Assembly (NCBI GenBank): GCA_043803945.1
Contig: JAZDJN010000085.1
Span: 1-60,712 of the forward strand
Source: a bacterium
GTDB taxonomy: Bacteria; Bacteroidota; Ignavibacteria; UBA10030
Length of the DNA stretch: 60,712 bases
Direction: 5' to 3'
Shown here: positions 18,238-26,669 of the stretch, in pieces
Numbering within the stretch: position 1 is the stretch's first letter
Layout of the letters: each line of letters starts with the position of its first letter
Notes under the pieces: model-generated
The model's input: only the letters and a program-made list of their open reading frames with translations
Databases searched by the model: none
What the model was told of the DNA's origin: nothing
Made by a program: the position numbers and the translations under genes

Positions 18238-19164
18238 ATGGGAGTAGCAAGAAAAGCCTTGCTCTGGATTTCGGAGAACCGGAAGTTGCGCCAGTCGTTG
18301 CCGAAGTATCGGTTTATCCAGCGTGCCGTCAAACGATTTATGCCGGGTGAACGGCTGGAAGATGCAATTGCCGCTGCGCAGCAGCTCAAAGCAAATTCTC
18401 TGAATACGATTTTTACACTCCTCGGTGAAAATGTTGCCGATAAGCAGGAGGCGAAGCAAATCGTCGCTCAGTACCTCATGGTACTCGATGAGGTCCATAA
18501 GCATGGGCTCGATACGTACATCTCGGTGAAGCCCACACAGCTCGGCCTCGACTTCGATATGGAGTTGTGCTATCAAAATCTCGTAACGATTGTTGAGCGG
18601 GCAGGAGTACTGAATAATCTTGTCTGGCTTGATATGGAGCAAAGCCAGTATGTCGATAGAACGCTCGAACTTTACAAGCGGGTAAAAACCCGGTACCCTA
18701 ATGTCGGCATCTGTCTTCAGGCATATCTCTATCGTACAAAACGGGACCTTGAAAGCCTCTTTACAATGCAGCCGTTAGTGCGGCTCGTCAAGGGTGCATA
18801 CCTTGAACCGGCCAACATTGCCTATCCGATGAAAAAGGATGTTGATGAGAATTATTTTCAGCTCGTGAAGATGATGCTTGAAAAAGTGAAATCTCATAAC
18901 GTCACCATCGGTGTGGGCACGCACGATACGCTTCTGGCGCGCTGCATCCAGCAGACAGCAAAATCACTTGATTTGTCCAAAACTGATTATGAATTCCAAA
19001 TGCTCTACGGCATCAAAAGCGACGAACAACTGCGCCTTACCGGATTGGGCTATAAGGTGCGTCTACTCATCAGCTATGGAACCTTTTGGTTCCCATGGTA
19101 TATCCGGAGACTCGCCGAACGCCCGGCTAATGTCTGGTTTGTTGTTAAGAATATTTTTCCCTGA
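18238..19164 (+). CDS. Monofunctional proline dehydrogenase
   Basis: RFMPGE, LGE, SVKPTQLG, LDME, QAYL.RT, RLVKGAY, EFQMLYG, YG..W.PWY.RRLAERPAN. Confidence 0.93.
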   Translation: MGVARKALLWISENRKLRQSLPKYRFIQRAVKRFMPGERLEDAIAAAQQLKANSLNTIFTLLGENVADKQEAKQIVAQYLMVLDEVHKHGLDTYISVKPTQLGLDFDMELCYQNLVTIVERAGVLNNLVWLDMEQSQYVDRTLELYKRVKTRYPNVGICLQAYLYRTKRDLESLFTMQPLVRLVKGAYLEPANIAYPMKKDVDENYFQLVKMMLEKVKSHNVTIGVGTHDTLLARCIQQTAKSLDLSKTDYEFQMLYGIKSDEQLRLTGLGYKVRLLISYGTFWFPWYIRRLAERPANVWFVVKNIFP

Positions 19165-19197
19165 TCTATCCTCGATTGCATTCTTGAAAGGAAGGCT

Positions 19198-21468
19198 ATG
19201 ACTCAATTTCGAAAATTAATGTTCTCCGCTTTTCTTATACTCGAACTTTGCATCGTAAATAGTTTTGCGCAAGGCCAGAGAACGCTTTCTCTCATCCCAC
19301 AGCCGATACAGATAAAACAATCGCGTGGCACATTTACCATCGATCAGAAAACAGTGATCCAGGTTGATAAGAAAGCAAAAGTGCTCAAACCGATAGCCGA
19401 TTATCTTGCTGAGCGGCTCCGTACGGTTACTGGATTTCCCCTGGTGATTTCAGAAGATGCAGGGAAAGCGGGTAAAAACTCGATTTGGCTTGGATCGGAA
19501 AAGCTTGATTTTTCTAATAGCCACGAAGCATACGAACTGATTGTCGATACCAAAGGCGTGCAGATCAATGCAGCAACACCACAGGGGATCTTCTACGGAG
19601 TCCAAACACTTTTCCAACTGCTTCCGGCAGCATCTGAGAAGCGGGAACTCGTACCAGGAATCACCTGGGCGTTGCCGCAGGTGGAGATAGAAGATGCTCC
19701 GCGGTTCAGCTGGCGCGGCATGCATCTCGATGTCGGCAGACATTTTATGCCAAAGGAGTTTATCAAAAAATATATCGATGTCCTCGCTCTCTACAAGATC
19801 AACATCTTCCATTGGCACCTCACGGAGGATCAGGGCTGGAGAATCGAAATAAAAAAATATCCCAAGCTCACCTCGGTTGGCGGCTGGCGCATGGAAACCA
19901 TGCAGGACAACAAACCGCACGGAGGTTTCTACACACAGGATGATATCCGTGAAGTGGTGAGCTATGCTGCTCAACGGTTCATCACCATTGTCCCGGAAAT
20001 TGAAATGCCAGGCCACTCCGTGGCCGCACTGGCGGCATACCCTGAGCTTTCCTGTTCCGGCGGCCCCTTCAAAGTCGGTACAGAATGGGGCGTGATGAAC
20101 GATGTCTATTGCGCAGGAAAGGAAAAGACCTTCCAGTTCCTGGAAGATGTACTCGCGGAAGCCATCGACTTGTTTCCGGGTCCCTTTTTCCATATCGGCG
20201 GCGATGAATGCCCCAAAGTTCGGTGGACTAACTGTGTGCACTGTCAAAAGCGAATCAAGGATGAAGGATTAAAGGATGAACATGAGCTTCAAAGCTATTT
20301 CATCAAGCGAATCGAAAAATTTCTTACCGCGAAGGGCAAACGCCTGATCGGATGGGATGAGATTTTGGAAGGCGGTCTTGCACCGAATGCAACTGTCATG
20401 TCGTGGCGCGGCATGAAGGGAGGAATCGATGCGGCGAAATCCGGGCACGATGTGGTGATGTCTCCCACGTCACACTGCTATTTTGATTTCTATCAGGGGA
20501 CGGTGAGCGAACCACCGGCGATCGGCGGTTTTCTCCCTATCGACACAGTGTATGCCTATGAGCCAATTCCATCCGAGCTGAATGCTGAAGAGGCAAAGCA
20601 TGTGCTGGGTGCCCAGGGAAATGTCTGGACTGAGTATATACCGACAACGGAACAGGCTGAGTATATGCTCGTTCCCCGTGTTTGCGCACTCAGTGAGGTG
20701 GTTTGGTCGCCCAGGTCAAAAAGGAATTTTGCAGATTTTATGCAGCGGCTTGAAGGGCACTACGATCGATTGAAAGCGCGCGGCATCAACTTCCGGATCC
20801 CTCCGCCGATTGGGCCGACAGGAAAGAAAGTATTGATTCGGGATACGGTGGTGACAATGACCAGCCCCATTGCATCGGGGACGGTCTATTATACGCTCGA
20901 TGGTATGGAACCAACAAAAGCCTCCTCGAAATACACACAACCTATAACCATCCATGGCGATCAAGTCCTCAAGGCACGTCTTCTGCTTTCCAATGGTGCC
21001 ATGAGTAATATTCTCTCCAGTACATTTTTCAGTGTTGATCCGAAAATCAATGGCATCGAGTTCAATTATTATGAAGGTGTCTGGGAACGAGTGCCGGATT
21101 TCAATTCGTTGACACCGAAGTCAACCGGCATCGCCTACAGCATCGATGCTGATCCGCTACAGCATCGGCTTCGTTCGATCGGATTGCGATTCAAGGGAAT
21201 CATCCAGATTGATGCGGAAGGTGATTATGTTTTTTCGCTTAATTCCGATGACGGCAGCAAGCTCTTCATCGATGGCAAAGAGGTTATCAATAACGATGGC
21301 ATGCACACGGCTCGTGAACTCAGTGGTACCATTACGCTGGCAAAGGGGAAACATACACTTGAAGTATGCTACTTCCAACGTGCAGGTGCCCGCGTGTTGG
21401 ATCTGTTTATCGAAGGGCCGGGCTTGCCAAAGCAGCCGCTCTCTCCAAAGATGCTGCTTCTGAGGTAA
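19198..21468 (+). CDS. GH20 beta-N-acetylhexosaminidase with FN3-like and PA14 domains
   Basis: PRFSWRG.HLDVGRHF, HWHLTEDQGWR, PEIEMPGH, HIGGDE, YYTLDG.EP, SDDGSKL. Confidence 0.95.
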   Translation: MTQFRKLMFSAFLILELCIVNSFAQGQRTLSLIPQPIQIKQSRGTFTIDQKTVIQVDKKAKVLKPIADYLAERLRTVTGFPLVISEDAGKAGKNSIWLGSEKLDFSNSHEAYELIVDTKGVQINAATPQGIFYGVQTLFQLLPAASEKRELVPGITWALPQVEIEDAPRFSWRGMHLDVGRHFMPKEFIKKYIDVLALYKINIFHWHLTEDQGWRIEIKKYPKLTSVGGWRMETMQDNKPHGGFYTQDDIREVVSYAAQRFITIVPEIEMPGHSVAALAAYPELSCSGGPFKVGTEWGVMNDVYCAGKEKTFQFLEDVLAEAIDLFPGPFFHIGGDECPKVRWTNCVHCQKRIKDEGLKDEHELQSYFIKRIEKFLTAKGKRLIGWDEILEGGLAPNATVMSWRGMKGGIDAAKSGHDVVMSPTSHCYFDFYQGTVSEPPAIGGFLPIDTVYAYEPIPSELNAEEAKHVLGAQGNVWTEYIPTTEQAEYMLVPRVCALSEVVWSPRSKRNFADFMQRLEGHYDRLKARGINFRIPPPIGPTGKKVLIRDTVVTMTSPIASGTVYYTLDGMEPTKASSKYTQPITIHGDQVLKARLLLSNGAMSNILSSTFFSVDPKINGIEFNYYEGVWERVPDFNSLTPKSTGIAYSIDADPLQHRLRSIGLRFKGIIQIDAEGDYVFSLNSDDGSKLFIDGKEVINNDGMHTARELSGTITLAKGKHTLEVCYFQRAGARVLDLFIEGPGLPKQPLSPKMLLLR

Positions 21469-21525
21469 GATATTTGAATAACGCATTCTACTTCTGTTGT
21501 ATGCTATTCTGATACTGGAGCAATT

Positions 21526-22488
21526 ATGCATCGTCATCCTCATAATCCGATTCTCACGCGCCGTAATGTTCCGCCTATTCCTCCACACCTTATTGATGTG
21601 ACTTCGGTATTTAATCCGGGAGCCATACGGTTCGGTGAGAAATATCTCCTGATGCTTCGAGTACAAAGTCGAAGCAGGGAGACATACTTCTTGGTAGCGG
21701 AAAGTTCAAACGGAGTTGATTTTACTGTATCGAATGAAATTGTTCACTTTGATGGCATTGAAAAGGTTAAAGAACCCATCTATCATTGTTACGATGCACG
21801 AATCACTCAACTCGATGGTGTCTACTATATAATGTTTGCAATGGATATGGAAGGCGGCTGTCAGCTTGGGCTTGGGAAGACGGTAGATTTTAAGTCGTTC
21901 GAATTTCTGGGGATTACCTCCAACGAAGATATTCGCAACGGAGTCCTCTTCCCTGAGAAGATCAACGGGAAATATCTTCGCCTCGACCGCCCGAATAAAT
22001 ATCAGCATGCAGGAGGCCCCTCCTCCGGTACCACTATTTGTCTGTCTGAATCGGATGATCTGTTGAACTGGAGACGTGTTGCGCCGGTGATGAGCGGACG
22101 GTTTCATTATTGGGATGAACTCATCGGCCCGGGAGCTCCGCCGGTAAAGACCAGAACCGGGTGGCTGTGCACCTATCATGGAGTTGCCACACATTTTGGG
22201 AGTGCGAATATCTATCAGGGTGGAGTATTCATTCTCGATCTTCATGATCCGGAGAAGCTTATCGCCCGCGGACGATGGAATATTCTCGAGCCGCGGGAAA
22301 ATTACGAGTTGACAGGCCAGGTTCCCAACGTCTGCTTCCCCAGCGGGATGATCGTCGATGAATATGACGAACAGGGGTATGCGAAGGACGAGAGCAGAGC
22401 CCTGATTTACTATGGTGCAGCAGATACGGTGGTGGGTTTGGTGAGAACGACAATTAAGGAATTGATTCAAACGGCAATAGGAATTTAG
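21526..22488 (+). CDS. GH130 beta-mannoside phosphorylase/glycosidase
   Basis: NPIL, VFNPGA, YDARI, RNGVLFPEKINGKY.RLDRP, YHGV, GQVPNVCFP.G, IYYGAADT. Confidence 0.92.
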   Translation: MHRHPHNPILTRRNVPPIPPHLIDVTSVFNPGAIRFGEKYLLMLRVQSRSRETYFLVAESSNGVDFTVSNEIVHFDGIEKVKEPIYHCYDARITQLDGVYYIMFAMDMEGGCQLGLGKTVDFKSFEFLGITSNEDIRNGVLFPEKINGKYLRLDRPNKYQHAGGPSSGTTICLSESDDLLNWRRVAPVMSGRFHYWDELIGPGAPPVKTRTGWLCTYHGVATHFGSANIYQGGVFILDLHDPEKLIARGRWNILEPRENYELTGQVPNVCFPSGMIVDEYDEQGYAKDESRALIYYGAADTVVGLVRTTIKELIQTAIGI

Positions 22489-22502
22489 TCGAGAGGTGGG
22501 TT

Positions 22503-22597
22503 CACCACGGAGGCACGGAGAACACGGAGTCGATATTTCTGAATTAATGACAAAGAACCAATATCTGTCAATCTCAGTGATCTCTGTGTCTCAGTGG
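22503..22597. repeat. Empty inverted-repeat element built from ~9-nt triplet arms
   Basis: CACCACGGAGGCACGGAGAACACGGAG (22503-22529) / CTCAGTGATCTCTGTGTCTCAGTGG (22573-22597). Confidence 0.7.
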
Positions 22598-22645
22598 CAG
22601 GCCATTCGATCGGATTTATAAGAGAATGACGAAGAAAGGATCTGT

Positions 22646-23632
22646 ATGAAAAGAAGAACATTTGTTAAGTCCGCTTCACTCGCAGGTGTGGCATCGATAG
22701 TGGGATCGACGGATTCGTTCGCGTTTAATCGCATTGGCATAAATCACTCGCTGGGCCCAATGGTACTTTCAACATGGGATTTCGGACCCGCGGTCACAGA
22801 AGTTGCTTATAAGATTCTCAAGGAGGGTGGAAACCTTCTCGATGCGGTGGAAGAGGGAGTGAAAATTCCTGAAGCCGATCCAAAAGTCACGAGTGTCGGT
22901 TACGGCGGAGCACCCGATCGTGAAGGGAAGGTAACACTCGATGCATGTATTATGGATGGCAACGCCAATTGTGGTTCTGTGTTGTTTCTCGAGAATATTC
23001 TTCATCCAGTTTCTGTTGCGCGGCTTGTAATGGAAAAAACTCCGCACGTCTATCTCACCGGTGAGGGTGCACTGCAATTCGCACTGGAGAATGGGTTCAA
23101 GAAACAAAATATGCTGACCGAGGAATCGAAAAAAGCGTATGAGGAGTGGTTGAAATCGAGCGGTTATCAGAAAAAGAAGATCGATAAGAACAATCACGAC
23201 ACCATCGGCCTGCTGGCGATGGATGGAAAAGGGAATATGGCTGGTGCCTGCACCACGAGCGGCATGGCCTACAAAATTCGCGGCCGTGTGGGGGACTCTC
23301 CAATAATCGGTGCCGGTTTGTATGTGGATAATGATATCGGAGGCGCAACTGCGACTGGAATCGGCGAAGCGGTTATTAAAGTTGCAGGGAGCTTTCTTAT
23401 TGTAGAGTTAATGAGGCAGGGAAAGTCTCCACAAGAGGCGTGTCAGCTTGCTCTCGAACGCATTGTTCACAAGCAGCCGCAGTATATGAAGGATCAGAGT
23501 TTCCTTGTCGGATTTATTGCATTGAGGAAGGATGGGGAGCTCGGGGCGATGAGTTACAGGAAGGGGCTCCAGTACTCTCTCAACACCGATGGGAAAAACA
23601 GGGTCTTCGATGCTGAGTATCTTGTGAAGTAG
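22646..23632 (+). CDS. aspG: N(4)-(beta-N-acetylglucosaminyl)-L-asparaginase (glycosylasparaginase), Tat-exported
   Basis: RRTFVK Tat motif; SVGYGG.PD, TLDACIMD, HDTIG autoproteolysis site, TTSG..K..GRVGDSPIIGAG, ATG.GE. Confidence 0.93.
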   Translation: MKRRTFVKSASLAGVASIVGSTDSFAFNRIGINHSLGPMVLSTWDFGPAVTEVAYKILKEGGNLLDAVEEGVKIPEADPKVTSVGYGGAPDREGKVTLDACIMDGNANCGSVLFLENILHPVSVARLVMEKTPHVYLTGEGALQFALENGFKKQNMLTEESKKAYEEWLKSSGYQKKKIDKNNHDTIGLLAMDGKGNMAGACTTSGMAYKIRGRVGDSPIIGAGLYVDNDIGGATATGIGEAVIKVAGSFLIVELMRQGKSPQEACQLALERIVHKQPQYMKDQSFLVGFIALRKDGELGAMSYRKGLQYSLNTDGKNRVFDAEYLVK

Positions 23633-23844
23633 AGTCAAGCGCCATTGGAGTACTCCACGGTGGCAAGGCACAGACTTGCCACACAAAGCGGACAAATTAC
23701 GCTGGAATATTCTTTGAATTAATTTTGCGTTTGTACTGGCACGGTAGGACCATGCCAGCGAATGGATCTCTTCTCAAAGCGCAGTGGGACTGTGCTCATG
23801 AAAATTTTTTACTAGAGCAGCGAAAAATCTAAACAAAAAAGAAA

Positions 23845-24870
23845 GTGGAAAACATGATCAAATGCACGAATAATTCTCTCACGCTGCTGGGAGCAATACT
23901 TATCTTAATCGCACTCCAATCGATCGCCCTCTATGGTCAAACTCATGTCCCCCTTTTAGGGAAGCCCGAAAAGATTCTTATCAATGGTAAACCACTCGAG
24001 TTGGAAGGCACGCCGGCACCGCTTGTCTATGATTTCAATCGCGATGGAAAGAACGATCTCATCGTTGGCGAATTCCCGGGAGATAAAGCACGGATCTATC
24101 TTAACATCGGTACAAAAGCGGAGCCGAAGTTTGAAACCTACGCCTATCTACAGGCAGACGGTGAAGATGCAGTGATCGAGGGTGGCTGATGCATCGGCTT
24201 CGATCCACAGGTTGTGGATCTCAATGGCGATGGCGTTGTGGAATTCGTCTCGGGTGATTATGCCTCCGGGAATATCTACTACTTTGAAGGAACTCCAAAC
24301 GGTTATAAAAAGAAGGCAATCATTCACGAGGATTGGGAGCTTGAAAATAATCAAGCGCCAATGAACCGCTGGATGGGGACAGCCAGTTTTGTGGATTGGG
24401 ATGGCGATGGCGACTTCGATATGATTGTTGGCGATGTTCAGGGGGGCGTCCGATTGAATATCAATGAGGGAACGAAAACGCACTGGAAATTCGGAAAGCG
24501 CCGCCCGCTGATGGTTGGTGAAAAGCCCATGAAGGTGATCCAAAAGTCGGATCCCGTGCCTGTGGATTGGGATCGCGATGGATTTCTCGACATCGTTGTT
24601 GGCGATGAAGCCGGCGGCATCACGTTCTTTAAAGGAAACAAAGACAAGACATTCGAGGAAGGCATTTCCCTTTTCACCGGGAGTAAGGTCGCTTCAGGAA
24701 AATACACTGCGGTTTCCGATTGGTGGGTGAAAGATCGCGGGTGGGAATGGGCACGTATTCGCATCTGTGTGACAGATTGGAATAATGACGGCAAGCTCGA
24801 TGTGCTCGTCGGATATACAAGTTTCGATCAGGAGAAGAAATCAGAAATTGTACTACTCCCGCAGAAGTAA
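23845..24870 (+). CDS. Secreted FG-GAP/VCBS-repeat protein with in-frame TGA (24187-24189), candidate selenoprotein with a Sec-Cys motif
   Basis: ORFs 23845-24189 and 24214-24870 are in one frame, joined as EGG-TGA-CIGFDPQVVDLNGDG; one signal peptide; five DxNxDGxxD-type repeats; SECIS-like hairpin directly after the TGA. Confidence 0.75.
24190..24232 (+). promoter_or_regulatory. Candidate bacterial SECIS element
   Basis: Perfect 8-bp stem GATCCACA (24202-24209) / TGTGGATC (24213-24220), loop GGT, starting 12 nt after TGA; lower stem CATCG (24192-24196) / CGATG (24228-24232). Confidence 0.7.
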
Positions 24871-25025
24871 ACTAACGATAACCCTTACCGGTTCGGCGGC
24901 AAGGCCCAGCCTTGCCACACAATAAATAAAAGGATCTCTTATACTGGCACGGTAGGACCATACCAGCGGGTGACCCTCGGCGGCCAGGCACAGCCTTGCC
25001 ACACTACTAGTATCAGGGGGTTGTT

Positions 25026-25574
25026 ATGGGACTGCGTAGAATCTATAATACGCGGGAGAATACCGCATTTTTTATAACTACAACAATTACTCGCTTTGCG
25101 CGTGTATTTGTCGAGGATCGATATTGTAATCTTCTCATTCAAAGTATCCGGCAGTACCAACAACGTTATAAATTTCTGACACTAGGCTTTGTTGTTATGC
25201 CGAGTCATTTTCATTGGATCATAGTCCCTGACCTGATGCGAGGTTCGATCTCAGATATTATGCGGGACATCAAAAAAGATACAGCATGGAGAGTATTTGA
25301 ACAATTGGAGAATGATGGTCATTCTGAGTTATTGAGACTGTTTGAGTTTGAAGGAAAAAATGTCCGAGGACAAGATCGGAAATTCTGGATGAGAAGGTTT
25401 GATGATGTCATGATTCGTGATGATCTTATGTTGAAACAAACGCTCGAGTATATCCATTACAATCCTGTGAAAGCGGGGATGGTTGATGATCCAGAGGATT
25501 ATAGATATTCCAGTGCACGAAATTATATTGTAGGTGATCATTCAGTCCTCGATGTGATAACAGATTGGTGGTGA
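25026..25574 (+). CDS. REP-associated tyrosine transposase (RAYT, Y1 HUH)
   Basis: FITTT, VVMPSHFH (HUH), FW.R.FDD..IR, YIHYNPVKAG, YRYSSA; flanked by REPs. Confidence 0.92.
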   Translation: MGLRRIYNTRENTAFFITTTITRFARVFVEDRYCNLLIQSIRQYQQRYKFLTLGFVVMPSHFHWIIVPDLMRGSISDIMRDIKKDTAWRVFEQLENDGHSELLRLFEFEGKNVRGQDRKFWMRRFDDVMIRDDLMLKQTLEYIHYNPVKAGMVDDPEDYRYSSARNYIVGDHSVLDVITDWW

Positions 25575-25765
25575 TACATCACAGTGCGGTTTATACTGGC
25601 ACGATAGGACCGTACTAGCGGATGTCTCCTCGGTACTTATCAGTGGCAAGGCACGGCCTTGCCACACGTAAACGGTGTAATACATGATCGGTAGGAAATC
25701 CTCTACTGCTGCGAGGGAGCTCCAGCTCCCGAGCTGAAAGGAACTTACCATAAGCAATAACCCAA

Positions 25766-26485
25766 ATGATCATCCTTGAAGTCTGTGTTAACTCTGTCGA
25801 ATCGGCTTTCGCCGCGCAGGAGGGTGGCGCCTCCCGTGTGGAGCTCTGTGAAAATCTTCATCTCGGCGGAACAACACCAGGAGCGGACCTGCTCCAAAAT
25901 GTGCAGGCAGCGATTTCGATTCCCCTCCATGTTATGATTCGTCCCCGCGGCGGAGATTTTTTCTTCTGCGTATCGAAATTCCTTACGATGCAGAACGATG
26001 TCGAGATGGCGAAACAGCTCGGCGCCAACGGTGTTGTGCTGGGGATTCTCCATCCTGATCGGAAGATTGAGCTGGATCGTACGAGCAAACTCATCGAAGC
26101 CGCCCGCCCGCTCCGCGTTACATTCCATCGGGCATTTGACCTCACTCCCGATCCCATTCAATCGCTCGAGGAAATTATCTCATTGGGGATTGATTATGTT
26201 CTGACCTCCGGCGGTGCCGCTTCTGTCGACCAGGGCCTTCAGGCACTTAAATTATTGCAGCAACAGTCGAAAGGAAGAATCACTGTTTTGCCAGGAGGGG
26301 GAATTACCCTTACGAATGTTTTTTCCCTTGTTGAACAAACCGGTGTGCAACAGATCCACGTATACTCCGCTGTTCTTGCGGAAAAAAGACCGAACCGAGA
26401 GAGCCCACGTTTTTCGGACACCGAGCTTCCGGTAACAGATGCAAAGAAAGTAAAAGAACTGAGAGAGTTGCTTTCGTCTTTCTGA
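25766..26485 (+). CDS. cutC: CutC family protein
   Basis: LEVC, GGA.RVELC.NL..GGTTP, MIRPRGGDF, TFHRAFD, VLTSGG, PGGG. Confidence 0.95.
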   Translation: MIILEVCVNSVESAFAAQEGGASRVELCENLHLGGTTPGADLLQNVQAAISIPLHVMIRPRGGDFFFCVSKFLTMQNDVEMAKQLGANGVVLGILHPDRKIELDRTSKLIEAARPLRVTFHRAFDLTPDPIQSLEEIISLGIDYVLTSGGAASVDQGLQALKLLQQQSKGRITVLPGGGITLTNVFSLVEQTGVQQIHVYSAVLAEKRPNRESPRFSDTELPVTDAKKVKELRELLSSF

Positions 26486-26513
26486 CAGATTCCTGGTGTT
26501 AGACCCCATTCTT

Positions 26514-26654
26514 AGAGGGTGACTAAAAAGAGAACTTACGGACTGTCATTCCGGCAATTTTTGAGCCGGAATCCAGAAAAATGCTAAATCATTGTACTGG
26601 ACACTGGATTGAAGCATTCCAGTGTGACACATCGTTTCTTTTTAGACAACCCCT
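26514..26654. repeat. MITE-like element, copy 1
   Basis: Terminal inverted repeats AGAGGGTGACTAAAAAG / CTTTTTAGACAACCCCT (14/17); inner CTGTCATTCCGGC..GCCGGAATCCAG and CATTCCAGTGTGACA. Confidence 0.7.
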
Positions 26655-26669
26655 TTTTCTATTTGCTTT

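Larger units (their letters stand above)
23660..25667. repeat. Array of two alternating REP palindrome types around the FG-GAP and RAYT genes
   Basis: Type A G(T/C)GGCAAGGCACAGCCTTGCCACAC at 23660, 24896, 24980, 25643; type B TACTGGCACGGTAGGACC(A/G)T(G/A)CCAGCG at 23734, 24942, 25594; all in the same orientation. Confidence 0.9.

Noticed and set aside
24187-24189. Genome-wide TGA reassignment (code 4 or 25) as the cause of read-through
   Set aside because: Conserved genes such as ffh, khpA and trmD end at TGA at their expected lengths
23660-25667. 25-27-nt direct repeats as a CRISPR array
   Set aside because: Two alternating repeat types, irregular spacing with whole genes in between, no cas genes, and an adjacent RAYT explains them as REPs
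25766-26485. Choline TMA-lyase CutC linked to the BMC
   Set aside because: This is the unrelated 239-aa TIM-barrel CutC, not the large glycyl-radical enzyme
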